Shown: positions 9,102 to 19,736, counted from the stretch's first letter. The stretch: DNA of 64,000 nucleotides from Candidatus Latescibacterota bacterium (GCA_965219455.1 OZ244744.1:3872001-3936000), one strand, 5' to 3'. Made by a program: numbers and translations. The notes: generated from the letters alone by a model not told the origin.

Positions 9102-9510
9102 GTCGGAATGTGCCGCGTAAATGGACGCCTCTACGTTCGAATTTAGGTAGAGGGTTTCGTATCGCCCCGTAAACCGGTTTGCTCAAATCCCTGCCCTCCG
9201 GGTAGGGATGCTTCTTTTTTATGACAGTAGCTGCATCCGCCAGCAGGGTGCCACCACCGATGCCGGTATCGACCTGGATACGAAGTCGTGGGCCAGGGCG
9301 ACAGGATGCTAACGGTCCTGGTGAGCGGCATAGCCGTATTTGCCGGCTGAGCGGCAACCATTGAGCTCGCCTAACGGCCGATGCGCAGCGATCTTACAAT
9401 CAAGAATGTCCCGACAGGGAAAGGTTTGATATTTGAAAGAGCCGCCATCAAGGCAAAACGCGAGCAAGTCGAGGCGATCACGGCCTCACTACAATAGTTG
9501 AAGAGGAGCT

Positions 9511-12500
9511 ATGAACCATCCTACAACCGAGAAGGGTGCGCCCGCGGAACCCATTCTGTCTCCCGGTATGGCCAAAGCCGTAGACAGCGTCCGGCGTCAA
9601 CTCCTCGACGTCGGGAAACGCAACAAGCTCATCAACGCGCCGATCGGGAAAGAACGGGCTAAGCAGATCACCATAGAGGACGAACTGTCCGACGAGGTTT
9701 TCAGGATTCTGTACCTCCAGGGCAAGAGTATGACCTTTCAGCCGGCGCAGGACGACATCTCCGAAGGCTCGGATAACGAGGGCGATGAGTCGGTTTTTCT
9801 TCCAACTGCAGACATCGGTCATGATGCGACGGTCGCAGCCCGGCACAGCGACAAAAAGCTCCAGACCCGGCTCACGGCAGACCGCCTCCAGAAAAAGCTG
9901 CTTACGTTGTACCGGGACGCCCAGACGCTCGAGGAGGAGCAGGGAATCAGCGTTATGTTTCTGGCCTTGGGTTTTCTCCGGTGGTACGAGAGTGAATCCT
10001 CGCAAGTCGAAAGGTTCTCTCCGCTGATCCTGCTTCCGGTCGATCTCGAGCGCGACAGCGCCCGCGGACGGTTCAGGCTCGTCGTCCGGGACCAGGATCT
10101 GGAGCCGAACCTGTCACTCAGGGCTATGGTGTCCGGGGACTTTGGCCTGACGCTGCCGGATTTCCCCGAAGGCCACGACTGGACGCCGTCAGACTATTTC
10201 GCGCGCGTCCAGTCGGCAGCGTCGTCGCGGACGCGCTGGCGAGTCCGACCGAACACCATCGAACTCAGCTTCTTCTCCTTCGCCAAGTTTCTTATGTGGA
10301 AGGATCTGGCGCCGGACAGTCTGCGGGGAGGAGAGGGCGGAAATGAACTCCTCGAGCGTGTCCTGGTTGGTGGTTTCGAGCCGGGCACCGACGTCTTCGC
10401 CACCGACGAAAACCTGGACGTTCGGTTTCCCGACCCCCGGGATCTCGGGCACATCCTGGATGCCGACACCTCCCAGACCCAGGTGATAGCCGCCGCTCGC
10501 GAGGGCAGGAATCTTGTCGTGCAGGGCCCCCCCGGTACCGGAAAGTCCCAGACGATTGCCAACATGATCGCGGGCGCCGCCACCCAAGGGAAGAATGTGC
10601 TTTTCATTGCCGAAAAGCGCGCCGCTCTGGATGTGGTCCATGACCGGCTTGAAAAATGCGGCCTGGGTCCGCTTTGTCTCGAACTGCATTCACACAAGGC
10701 CAGCCGGAAGCACATCTACACTGAACTCAAGCGCACACTGCAGCTCGGCGAACCCAGGTCCGTCAACGAAGCGCATTACGAACGGGTGCGCGCGGTGCGA
10801 GACGAGTTGAACGAGATGTCCGAGGTGATCCACGGGGTCGACGAGGCATCGGGGGAGACGCCCTACGTTGTGATCGGAAAGATCGCCGAACTGGACGAGG
10901 GGGCCTGCCCGCGGGCGGACTTTCACGTCCCCGGCGCCGATACATGGAACGACGCCGCCTTTGAAGAGCGGGCGAGCGCCGTCAGGGCGCTGGCAGACCT
11001 GACGGCGGAGTACGGGAGCGAGTGGGAGCACGTTTGGCGCGGCGCGCGGAAGCGCCTGACCCAGTTGGACCGCCGCAGACTGGTCGAGCTATTGCGAGGC
11101 GGGCTCGCCCGCCTGGACACACTTCGGGTCGCGCTCCAGGAAGCTGCTAGGGCCTCCGGTGTCGCGGGCGCTGGTACACTGGCGGCGGAGGAGGTGGAGG
11201 AACATCTCGATGCCCTGGACGTGATGCCGGAGCCGGTACCCGCCCTTCTCGATACGGACACTGTTCTCGCGCATCCGGCGCTCGTGCTGGAACTGTTTGA
11301 GACGGTTGCGGCCGCACAGGCGCTTCGATCGAGTCTCGCGTCTAAGGTTGTAGAAGACGCGCTCGATCACGAATGGATCGACGTGAGGATTGAGATCGCC
11401 CGCCGCGGTCGGTCATGGTTCCGGTGGTTGATCGGAAGCTACCGCAGGGCGGTGGAACGTATGAGGTCGGTCCAGAGGCGCGAACTGCCGAAACACGTCG
11501 ACGAGCGGCTCGCAATGCTCGACCGGCTCATCGAGTACCGCAATCGGGTACGCAGAACCGCAAAGGACACACACGTGGGAAGGGAAGTCCTGGGCGTTGC
11601 CTGGAGAGAGGAAGAGACCGACCTCGGTGATGCACTATCGGCCGCGCGATGGATCGCAATCCAAACGGGCAAGCTGGGCTCTGCCGCGGCGGTGAAGCGG
11701 CAGGTTGAATCGGTTCCCCGCGACATGAGACAGGGGTGCAATGGCGGAGGGCCTGCGCCAAACCTGCGCGGCCTGGGCGGGCGTCTGGAACGAGATCGCG
11801 GGGCTCGTCGATCTCGATATGGAAGTCGCGTTCGGCGTTGATCGGATCGGGGATGTGGGCTTCGCCGAATTGAGGGCTCGCCTTGCCTCCTGGAGTTCTG
11901 AGAGCAACGCCATGGAGGGATGGCACCGGCTCGTCGGGGCGGCCCGGATTGTTTCCGAGCATGGCCTGGACGAGATCAGGAACCGGCTCGCGGATGGACG
12001 CCTGAGTACCGATCATGCGCAGGCCACACTCGAATTCGTCCGCGCCGAAGCCATATGGAACCGCATGCGATCCGAGGAGCCGCGCCTTGAGTCGATCGAT
12101 GGCGTGGAAAGAAGCAAAAGGATCGAAGAATTCAAGGATCTGGACAGTCAGCTTCAGGGACTTGCCTCACAGGAAGTCGCGCTACGGCATTTCAGTTCGC
12201 TGCCCGCGGGTTCGGCCGGTCAGGTCGGGATCGTGCGGGGCGAAGTCGCCAAGAAGACGCGTCACATGCGGATACGCCAATTGCTCGACAAAGCCGGTGA
12301 GGCTGTCCAGGCAGTCAAACCGGTCTTTCTGATGAGCCCGCTCTCGGTAGCCCAATACCTCAAGCCCGGAGGTCTGACTTTCGATCTGCTCCTGATTGAC
12401 GAGGCCAGCCAGGTCCCGCCGGCCGACGCGCTTGGCGCGATCATGCGATGCCGCCAGGTCGTCGTAGTTGGAGACCAGAAGCAGTTGCCGCCGACCTCCT

Positions 12501-14269
12501 TTTTCGACCGGCAGATCGGTTCCGAAGAGGATGAGGTTGAATCGGATGACGACGAAGAGATCAAGGGGGGCCAAGTCGGCGACATGGAGAGTATCCTGTC
12601 GCTGTGCGAATCGAGGGCGATGGCGGGCGGTATGCTTCGCTGGCACTACCGTTCCAGGCACCCTTCCCTCATTGCCGTCTCGAACCACGAGTTCTATGAA
12701 AACGGGCTGGTCTGCCCGCCTAGCCCGGACAGGGCCGGCACGCAAACCGGTCTGAGTTTTGTCCACGTTGAAGGCATCTACGAGCGAGGCAAGAGGCGAA
12801 ACAACCCTCCCGAAGCGCAGGAGGTCGCCGAACAGGTGCTCACGCACGCCCGGGAACACCCCGACGAAACGCTAGGCGTGGTCGCTCTCTCGGTCGCTCA
12901 GCGAGACACAATTCGGAACAGGCTCGAATTCATGCGAGCCGAGTACCCGGAACTGGATGCCTTCTGCAAGGAAGGCAAGGACGATGCGTTCTTTGTCAAG
13001 AACCTCGAAAACGTGCAGGGCGACGAACGTGACGTCATATTCATTTCGATCGGATACGGGAAGGACGCCGGCGGATACATGTCGCAAAATTTCGGGCCGG
13101 TTTCCAGCGAAGGCGGGGACCGCCGGCTCAATGTGCTCTTTACGCGAGCCAGGAAGCGGTGTCGTGTGTTCTCTTCGATTCGGCACTCTGAAATAAGGGT
13201 CGACGCGACCAGGCAGGCTGGCCCGAGGGTCTTGAAACGGTACCTGAAGTTCGCGGAAACCGGAGAGTTGGATATTCCGGTGATCACCGGCCGGGGAATG
13301 GACAGTCCGTTCGAGGAAGCGGTCGCGAATGCGCTGCAGAGCCATGGTTACCGTGTTGAGGGGCAGGTCGGATCGTCGGGTTTCCGGATCGACCTCGCCG
13401 TTTACGATCCGGACGACGAGGGCCGGTTTCTTCTGGCGGTCGAATGCGATGGAGCACGGTACCACTCGTCCAGCTGGGCCCGTGAGCGTGACAGGCTGCG
13501 CCAGGTCGTTCTGGAACAGAAGGGCTGGACGTTCCACCGGATCTGGAGCACGGACTGGTTCTATGACCGGGATACGGAGTTGCGGAAGGTTCTGGACACT
13601 ATCGAACGAGCCAGGTCAAACAGAGACATCCACAATGAGCCCAGGGACCTTCCCAAAGCTACTGAAGTCAAACGCATGGTTCCGGTCGAGCCGGAGGCGC
13701 CGCAGGGACCGCAGTACGTTGAAGCGGACTTCCTGATTCCAGGTTGTGAAGCCGTGGAATTGCACGAGGCCGATACCGGTCTTATCGTCGGGTATGTCAC
13801 CCGCGTTGTGGAATCCGAAGGCCCCGTGCACGTAGACGAGGTGGGCCGGCGCCTGAGCCGACTGTGGGGATATCAGCGGGCCGGATCACGAATCCAGAAT
13901 GTCGTGAAGTATGCCGCGGACCGAGCCGTTCGGGGGAAACGCATCCGCCGCGCTGAGGGTGAGGCTGGTGGGTTTCTCGATGTCTGTCATCGAACCGGGA
14001 GGGTGCTCGTCCGGGACAGGAGCGACGTCAAATCACTAACTCTGCGCAACGTTGAAATGCTGTCCCTGGTGGAGATTGGGGAAGGTATCCGGCTGGCTGT
14101 GAAACGGAACATCGGAATCAGTCCCGTCGAATGTGCGAAAGAAGTTTCGCGAATGCTCGGCTACAAGTCGCTCCGAGCGGATCTTCGGAATCGCATTGAA
14201 AGGGTCGCAAAAAAGATGGTGGCGGAGGGAAACCTCCTGCTGTCAGGGGAAGAATTGCGACTTCCATAG
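9511..14269 (+). pseudogene. DUF4011 - SF1 helicase - Vsr-like nuclease - DUF3320 protein (Hhe-type defence gene), frameshifted near 11728
   Basis: ORF 9511-11841: RRQLLD..KRNKL, GISVMFLALGFL, QGPPGTGKSQTI. ORF 11741-14269: MSPLSVAQYL, DEASQV, GDQKQLPPT, WHYRS, NVQGDERD, RRLNVLFTRAR, DSPFE, IDLAV...ECDG..YH, RIWSTDW. The two ORFs are in adjacent frames (+1). Confidence 0.8.
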
Positions 14270-14696
14270 ATCCGGATCGGCACGTTTCACCCGTTTCGAC
14301 AACCGTAAGGGGATGCGCCGTGATGCCGCCCTGGCCTTTCTGCCGTGCCAACTGTTCAGGCATGCGACCCATGGTTTGCCCCGGCAAATGCAACGACGGC
14401 GCTGGTGTCGACTGGTTGGATGTCCGCTTCCATCTGATCGCTGATCGTTGCCCGCGGATGATTTTATCGCACTCCGTCGCAGTCATTGCGACACCTTGAA
14501 TGTATATTCACCCTGTTGCGTGATCCGCATTGGAACGAACCGTAAGTTGTGCGGCGCGTGTCCGTTTTCGCCCTTGAACCCTTGCTTGAGCTCTTTCCGG
14601 ATCACTGGCTTAATGTCGCGGCCGGCAGCTTTGATCCGCTATCAACGGTCGATTGATCTACGTTCCGTATCAAAACCATAATCGGGATGCGCCGAA

Positions 14697-15083
14697 ATGT
14701 ACGTCTTCCTGGACAATATCACGTTTCTATACAGAGGCGCGCAGACGTCCGTCCTCAACGGGCTTACGCTCTTCGTGTGATAGCGGGAGATTGTCGGGAT
14801 AATCGGGTCTGCGGGGGTCGGCAAGACGACGCTGCTACGATACGTTGGCAAGCGCTCGGACCGGCGCGCCTTCATCCATGACCTGCACGCCCTGCGCAAG
14901 ATGCCGCAGCACCGAACGGTGATTTACGCCACGCGCGACGCCGGAGATGCCCTGGCGGTCTCAGACCGGATCGTGGTGCTGCAAGTCGGAACTCTATTGA
15001 TTGAGGCAACGATGGGTGAAGGTTTCGATATGCTGAAGAAGCGATACGCCCCGTTGAAAACCTTCCATCAGAACGTGGATTGA
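14697..15083 (+). pseudogene. ABC transporter ATP-binding relic (two in-frame stops, internal deletion)
   Basis: MYVFLDNITF...LFV**REIVGIIGSAGVGKTTLL joins directly to RTVIYATRDAGDALAVSDRIVVLQ; the frame ends at a TGA inside the repeat at 15050-15086. Confidence 0.7.
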
Positions 15084-15086
15084 AAC
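15050..15086 (+). repeat. Solitary CRISPR-type repeat
   Basis: CCCGTTGAAAACCTTCCATCAGAACGTGGATTGAAAC, 32/37 to consensus. Confidence 0.8.
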
Positions 15087-15165
15087 GGCGCCGGCGGCGA
15101 AGCAGAGGTCGACTACACTGTACGACCGCTGACGGGGCGCCGCCCCGTCCACGAGAGGAGAGAGC

Positions 15166-16248
15166 ATGGCGCATCTGTTTGGACGCGACTACACGAAGGC
15201 GGAGCTGCTGCGGTTGGTCGGCGATATGAGCCAGCTCGCCGCCGTTCGCCGCGCCGAGCTGACCGAGGGCAACGAGCGCGGCGCCGGATTAATCGAGGTG
15301 AGCAACGCCTCCGGACTGAGCTTCTCGGTGCTGCCCGGACGGGCGCTGGACGTCGCCGCCGCCACCTACCAGGGGCGGTCGCTGTGTTTCCGCAGCGCCA
15401 CCGGCGACGTCGGACCGGCATTCTTCGAGCCCGCCGGTTACGGCTGGATGCGCAGTTTCTTCGGCGGCCTGCTGATCAGTTGCGGCCTGACCTTCGTCGG
15501 CCATCCCGAAACCGACCCGGAGGAGGAAGGCGAGGAACTGGGCCTGCACGGGCGGCTGTCCGCCATCCCGGCGCGCGAGGTGAGTGCCGGCGGAAGCTGG
15601 CATGGAGACCAATACCGCCTGCGCATCGCCGGCACCATGCGCGAAGCGGTGGCACTTGGCACGACGCTTGAGCTACGCCGCGAAATCACCACTACGCTGG
15701 GCGAGCGCCGCATCAGCATCCACGACCGCGTGGAGAACCTCGGCGGGTTGCGCTCGCCGTTGATGCTGCTGTACCACACCAATCCCGGCTTCCCCCTGCT
15801 CGACGAGGGTACCCGGTTCCTGGTCAACAGCCAGCTCAGTACCGAGTGGCTGCAGGACCGCCCGGTCGTTGCCGCAGTGTACGAGCGGGCGCGCGCCCCG
15901 GAGCCGGGCGCCGGCGACGATGTATACGTGCACCGGCCGGTACCGGACGCCAACGGCAACGTGACCGTTGCGTTGATCAACGACCGGCTTGCGTACGGCC
16001 TGCAGTGGCGCATGCCGGCTGCCGAGCTGCCGCTGGTCACCCAGTGGCAGCACTTCGCCGCCGGCGGCTACGTGACCGGCGTGGAGCCGGGCAACTGCTC
16101 GCCTCTCGGGCGCGCCTGGAACCGCAGGCACGACTTCCTGGAGTACCTGGAACCCGGCGCCACACGCGAGTTCCACCTGGAGATCACCGTACTCGACGGC
16201 GCCGCCGCCGTCGCCGCCGCCGAGCGCCGCGTCGCCAACCTGGCCTAA
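15166..16248 (+). CDS. DUF4432 / aldose 1-epimerase-like protein, copy 2
   Basis: 360 aa; only a handful of substitutions relative to 1435-2517. Confidence 0.85.
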   Translation: MAHLFGRDYTKAELLRLVGDMSQLAAVRRAELTEGNERGAGLIEVSNASGLSFSVLPGRALDVAAATYQGRSLCFRSATGDVGPAFFEPAGYGWMRSFFGGLLISCGLTFVGHPETDPEEEGEELGLHGRLSAIPAREVSAGGSWHGDQYRLRIAGTMREAVALGTTLELRREITTTLGERRISIHDRVENLGGLRSPLMLLYHTNPGFPLLDEGTRFLVNSQLSTEWLQDRPVVAAVYERARAPEPGAGDDVYVHRPVPDANGNVTVALINDRLAYGLQWRMPAAELPLVTQWQHFAAGGYVTGVEPGNCSPLGRAWNRRHDFLEYLEPGATREFHLEITVLDGAAAVAAAERRVANLA

Positions 16249-16375
16249 CCGGGGACAGTGGGTCCCCGCGTCGATGTGCGCGCGCCTCCTCCTGAGCACG
16301 GATAGTCATCACCTTGCGCGTCTCTCGGAGCGTATGTGCCGACTGTCCATCGAAGGTGCCGTCAGTCGCCCGCCG

Positions 16376-16450
16376 GGCGACCTCTTTCTGTTCTTTGGCT
16401 GGTTTCGCACGTGGAACCGGGGAAGGGGGCCACGTGGCGATACGTCCCGA
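16376..16450 (+). pseudogene. Internal fragment of an Nmad3 gene
   Basis: GGCGACCTCTTTCTGTTCTTTGGCTGGTTTCGCACGTGGAACCGG...TGGCGATACGTCCC aligns to ~6693-6766 (GDLFLFFGWFR). Confidence 0.7.
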
Positions 16451-16635
16451 TTGCTCGTTACGTGCAATGATCGGTTCTTCCCACGGTGTACCTACACACG
16501 TCCCGGTGTGACCACTTGGGGGTGAACCAAAGAACCAGTCCCCGAGCATGCAGAGTCGATTTCCTGGATGAAGTCAGTCCACGTCGAATAAAAACGATCG
16601 CACGTCGTCGGTTCCGTCAGTAAGTAGAGGGTTTC

Positions 16636-16974
16636 GTGCCGAATTTTCCAGAATTAATCGAAAAGGCGCGGTGGCGTGAGGCGACGACATACCGCAACAG
16701 TTGGCCTCACGAATACGTGCTCGTAAAAGAGGATAAGCAGCAGACTTTACTTAAGGCCTTTTGCACTCGCATCAGAAACGGGGAGGGCGTCGAAGGCAGA
16801 TTCTTCGACAGGTCGTTCACGTATCTCTTCATTGGCGAGTTCAAGTATTGGACCTACACACCCTGCATGAAGATTGACCTTTATTCGACCGAACAGGATT
16901 TCGTCCTGAACCGGGCTCGACTATACCGTGACAGACGGGATTTCATCGTTAGGCGTGGAGATAAGGGAGTATGA
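16636..16974 (+). CDS. Hypothetical protein
   Basis: Aromatic-rich 112 aa (WPHEYV, YLFIGEFKYWT, LNRA); overlaps the next gene by ATGA. Confidence 0.65.
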   Translation: MPNFPELIEKARWREATTYRNSWPHEYVLVKEDKQQTLLKAFCTRIRNGEGVEGRFFDRSFTYLFIGEFKYWTYTPCMKIDLYSTEQDFVLNRARLYRDRRDFIVRRGDKGV

Positions 16975-18050
16975 ACAAGAGTCTGTTGGCGCACCTGGCA
17001 GGACGGCTTGCTCCGGCACCGGAAACCATCGCGACGGAATCACTACGATATATCCTCAACGCATCGCCGGGAGTGTGCCAGGCGTTAGTTGATAGGGTGG
17101 CAAGCCGCGCCGGGTTCGAGCCATTCAAGGTCGAGTCTATTGAAAGCGAGACTGAGGTCGAAACAGGCGGCCGCCCGGATATCACGATATATGACGCGGC
17201 CTCTCTGCCCCGTACACATGTCGAGAATAAGTTCTGGGCAGGACTGACGGCGTCGCAGCCGGTTGAATACCTCAACTCCTTCCCCGAAGAACCCGAATCC
17301 GCGTTACTTTTCGTTGTGCCCGAAGCCCGCATCGTCAGCATCTGGCAGGAGTTGAAGGAACGGTGCGTTAAACAGGAGCTTAAGGTCGGAACGGAGACGA
17401 CAAAAGACGAAATGAAGCGGGTTCCCATTGGTTCGGGCCGTAACATGCTTATCTCAAGTTGGGGATCCATTTTGGATACGTTGCAAAGAACTGCAAGTGA
17501 AATTGGAGACACTTCTGAAATGCAGGATATCGTTCAGCTTCGCGGACTCTCGGATCGAATGGATGTAGAAGCCCTTCCGCCCTTGCGCGAGGATGAAACC
17601 ACCGACGTGAATGTACCCCGCCGCATGATTAACTATGCTGATTTATCCGAAGGAATCGCACAAGTACTTAAGAACAAGGGAATTGCGAGCTTTAAGGGCG
17701 TGAAACCTACGAATCGGTATGAAAAGAAGGGACGCTACTTTTCTGTAGGGAAAGGTTTCAAGTTTGGCGTGTGGTTGGGCGTTGACATATTCGCGTGGCG
17801 CGATTGGGGTATAACTCCCATATGGCTTGAAGTACACAAAACGGAATGGGGCGGGCTCGTCGGACACTGGTCAAGCGTGAAAAGGATGCGCCAGGACCAT
17901 CGAGAGTATGCAAATCATCTGTGTTTTCCGATTCGGCTGGCATGTACCGTCGACAAGGATCGAGTCATCGAAGATGCGGTTATTCAAATGCGCGAAATTA
18001 TCGACCTATTCGAACGGGCGACGCTGGAGAATCCGCCGCCCGTCGGATAA
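16971..18050 (+). CDS. PD-(D/E)XK nuclease family protein
   Basis: RPDITIYD...HVENKFWAGLT..QP..Y motif; RBS AAGGGAG. Confidence 0.7.
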   Translation: MNKSLLAHLAGRLAPAPETIATESLRYILNASPGVCQALVDRVASRAGFEPFKVESIESETEVETGGRPDITIYDAASLPRTHVENKFWAGLTASQPVEYLNSFPEEPESALLFVVPEARIVSIWQELKERCVKQELKVGTETTKDEMKRVPIGSGRNMLISSWGSILDTLQRTASEIGDTSEMQDIVQLRGLSDRMDVEALPPLREDETTDVNVPRRMINYADLSEGIAQVLKNKGIASFKGVKPTNRYEKKGRYFSVGKGFKFGVWLGVDIFAWRDWGITPIWLEVHKTEWGGLVGHWSSVKRMRQDHREYANHLCFPIRLACTVDKDRVIEDAVIQMREIIDLFERATLENPPPVG

Positions 18051-18085
18051 CCGTGTGCAGGCATTTCGCACGTCCGTTTCAATGA

Positions 18086-18208
18086 GCAGGGGCGACAGGC
18101 CGGTCGCTCCTGCCGAACGCCGTTTCGGTCACGTCATCGCTTAGCCATAACGCAGCCCACAGCCTGCTGTCCCCCACGATTTGGGCAGCCACAGGGGTTG
18201 TGCCCCTC
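18086..18208. repeat. Pair of REP-like palindromes
   Basis: GCAGGGGCGACAGGCCGGTCGCTCCTGC (18086-18113) and GGGCAGCCACAGGGGTTGTGCCCCTC (18183-18208); homologous pair at 20667-20761. Confidence 0.65.
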
Positions 18209-18359
18209 GAGATACTCCGGATGCGCTGACGTCAAAAGATCGCCTTTTTAGTTTTTGGCTGACTGCTGTCGGCTGAAGCCTGCTTTCTTTGTCGCGGTAA
18301 TTGCGACAACAGGTGTTTATATTTATCCGCGTGATCTCTTCGCACGACGTACAAAACTG

Positions 18360-18442
18360 CAGCGCCGTACGGTGACGTACGCCGCGCGAGACGTCAGCGA
18401 CGCCCTGGCGGTCGCGGACCGGATCGCGGTGCTGCAAGGCGG
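18360..18442 (+). pseudogene. ABC ATP-binding fragment (3' part)
   Basis: RRTVTYAARDVSDALAVADRIAVLQGG; paralogous to ~14910-14989. Confidence 0.65.
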
Positions 18443-18481
18443 TTATTGTCCAGAGCGGGACAGTGGTGGTGGTCCGGAGCG

Positions 18482-18518
18482 CCCGCAAATGTAGATCCAC
18501 CAGAACAAGGATTGAAAC
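18482..18518 (+). repeat. Solitary CRISPR-type repeat (variant)
   Basis: CCCGCAAATGTAGATCCACCAGAACAAGGATTGAAAC; 27/37 to consensus, last 18 nt identical. Confidence 0.75.
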
Positions 18519-18629
18519 CCGAAGCCCGGAAGTTGCCGGGTGGCGAGCGGTCCATTCAGGCTTTTCGCGAAAACCTGCCGGGGGACCACGTTGGCGATAT
18601 CCGGTGGGACTCTATGGGAGAGCTGAACG

Positions 18630-19106
18630 ATGACTATCGATATGCCCAACAAACCGAACAAGATGACCGACACCTTCACCGGCCGGGCCTGGCACGAGGA
18701 CGGCACGCCGTTCGCACCTGTTGACTACAATGAGTCCGGACTGCGTGTCCCCACCCTGTCCCAGTTGGCCCTGTGGGCCAGGGCCGACCGTGAGCACGCT
18801 GCGGAGCCCGGTGAGAATCTCCCATCAGAAAAAGGATTGAAACGGGATGCTCTGGTGGCGATGGACTCGGGCCAGACCGTGCCGGTTGCCGGGGGGAACG
18901 TAGGCGGCGGAACCGGGAGGATCTGCCACCACGTCAACGGCGAGAGCGGGACATCGTTGCGCCCGGCCGAGGCGGCCGATGAAGCAATCATCAACGCGCT
19001 GGTCGCGGCCGGGACCATGATTGGACCGAACGATGTGACGGTGCGAGCGCTACTGCATGACCGGTTGCGGGAGCAGTTGCGGAGTTACAACCGGGAGGAG
19101 GGCTGA
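18630..19106 (+). pseudogene. Chimeric ORF: unknown N-terminus + in-frame repeat + internally deleted DmpA/P1 peptidase fragment
   Basis: After the repeat-encoded PGENLPSEKGLK come GNVGGGTGRICH and EAADEAIINALVAA...HDRL..YNR, both DmpA (peptidase S58) motifs. Confidence 0.6.
18807..18843 (+). repeat. Solitary CRISPR-type repeat
   Basis: CCCGGTGAGAATCTCCCATCAGAAAAAGGATTGAAAC, 35/37 to consensus. Confidence 0.85.
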
Positions 19107-19109
19107 GCG

Positions 19110-19661
19110 ATGCCCAACGGAGGATCTGACTGTTGCGGAACCTGCTGGTTCAATAGAACGAACCGGGGCGAGCGCGACTGGCAGCGGCACGCAGGCGAGA
19201 ACATACCGCCCTATTGCGAGATCAGGGACATCGCGATAGAGGATCCATTCTACACCTATTGTGCGAACCATCCACGTCGCCGGCCCGATCGCGATCGCAT
19301 CCCCATCGGACCGGTGATGCGCCATGGCGGCTGGGAACAGGAACGGCGCGTGCAAGCCGGTCGACCCGACGAGTGGGTGTCCTGGGAAAACCCGCGTTAC
19401 GTCTGGAGACCCTCACCGGATTCGGAGGAGATTCGCCAACACCTGCTGAATTTGCTCGAGAGCGTATTCGAGCACATGGCCAGAGACCGATATCCTTTGG
19501 GCACAGGTCTGGGGGAGACGATCATCCGGCAATTCGGTGAATTTCGAGAGCAACGGGCGGTCAGGTATCTCGAATGGATACGCGAGAATCTTAGGGACTC
19601 TCTGGATTTCATGGCAGACGCTGCGAGCGAGGCGCTGGCCAGGATCCGAGGGGACGAATAA
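19110..19661 (+). CDS. Hypothetical protein with Cys-rich N-terminus and helical C-terminus
   Basis: RBS GGAGGAGG; MPNGGSDCCGTCWFN...YCEIR...YTYCANH. Confidence 0.7.
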   Translation: MPNGGSDCCGTCWFNRTNRGERDWQRHAGENIPPYCEIRDIAIEDPFYTYCANHPRRRPDRDRIPIGPVMRHGGWEQERRVQAGRPDEWVSWENPRYVWRPSPDSEEIRQHLLNLLESVFEHMARDRYPLGTGLGETIIRQFGEFREQRAVRYLEWIRENLRDSLDFMADAASEALARIRGDE

Positions 19662-19672
19662 GAGCGCCGCGG

Positions 19673-19709
19673 CCCGGTGAGAATCTTCCATCAAAACAAG
19701 GGTTCAAAT
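19673..19709 (+). repeat. Solitary CRISPR-type repeat
   Basis: CCCGGTGAGAATCTTCCATCAAAACAAGGGTTCAAAT, 33/37; 11 nt after a stop codon and 27 nt before the next ATG. Confidence 0.8.
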
Positions 19710-19736
19710 TGGAATGAGAAATGAGGAGGGGTTTGG

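Noticed and set aside
9147-9160. 14-bp match GTAGAGGGTTTCGT to 16624-16637 as a possible att site
   Set aside because: No extended homology or recombinase; may be chance.
14985-15049. Possible extra degenerate repeat ending GATTGAGGC plus a 42-nt spacer
   Set aside because: Only ~9 nt resemble a repeat end; too weak to call.
18076-18118. Minus-strand hairpin ending TCATTGAAAC, resembling a CRISPR repeat
   Set aside because: The hairpin is a REP, and its paralog at 20667 lacks the ATTGAAAC tail.
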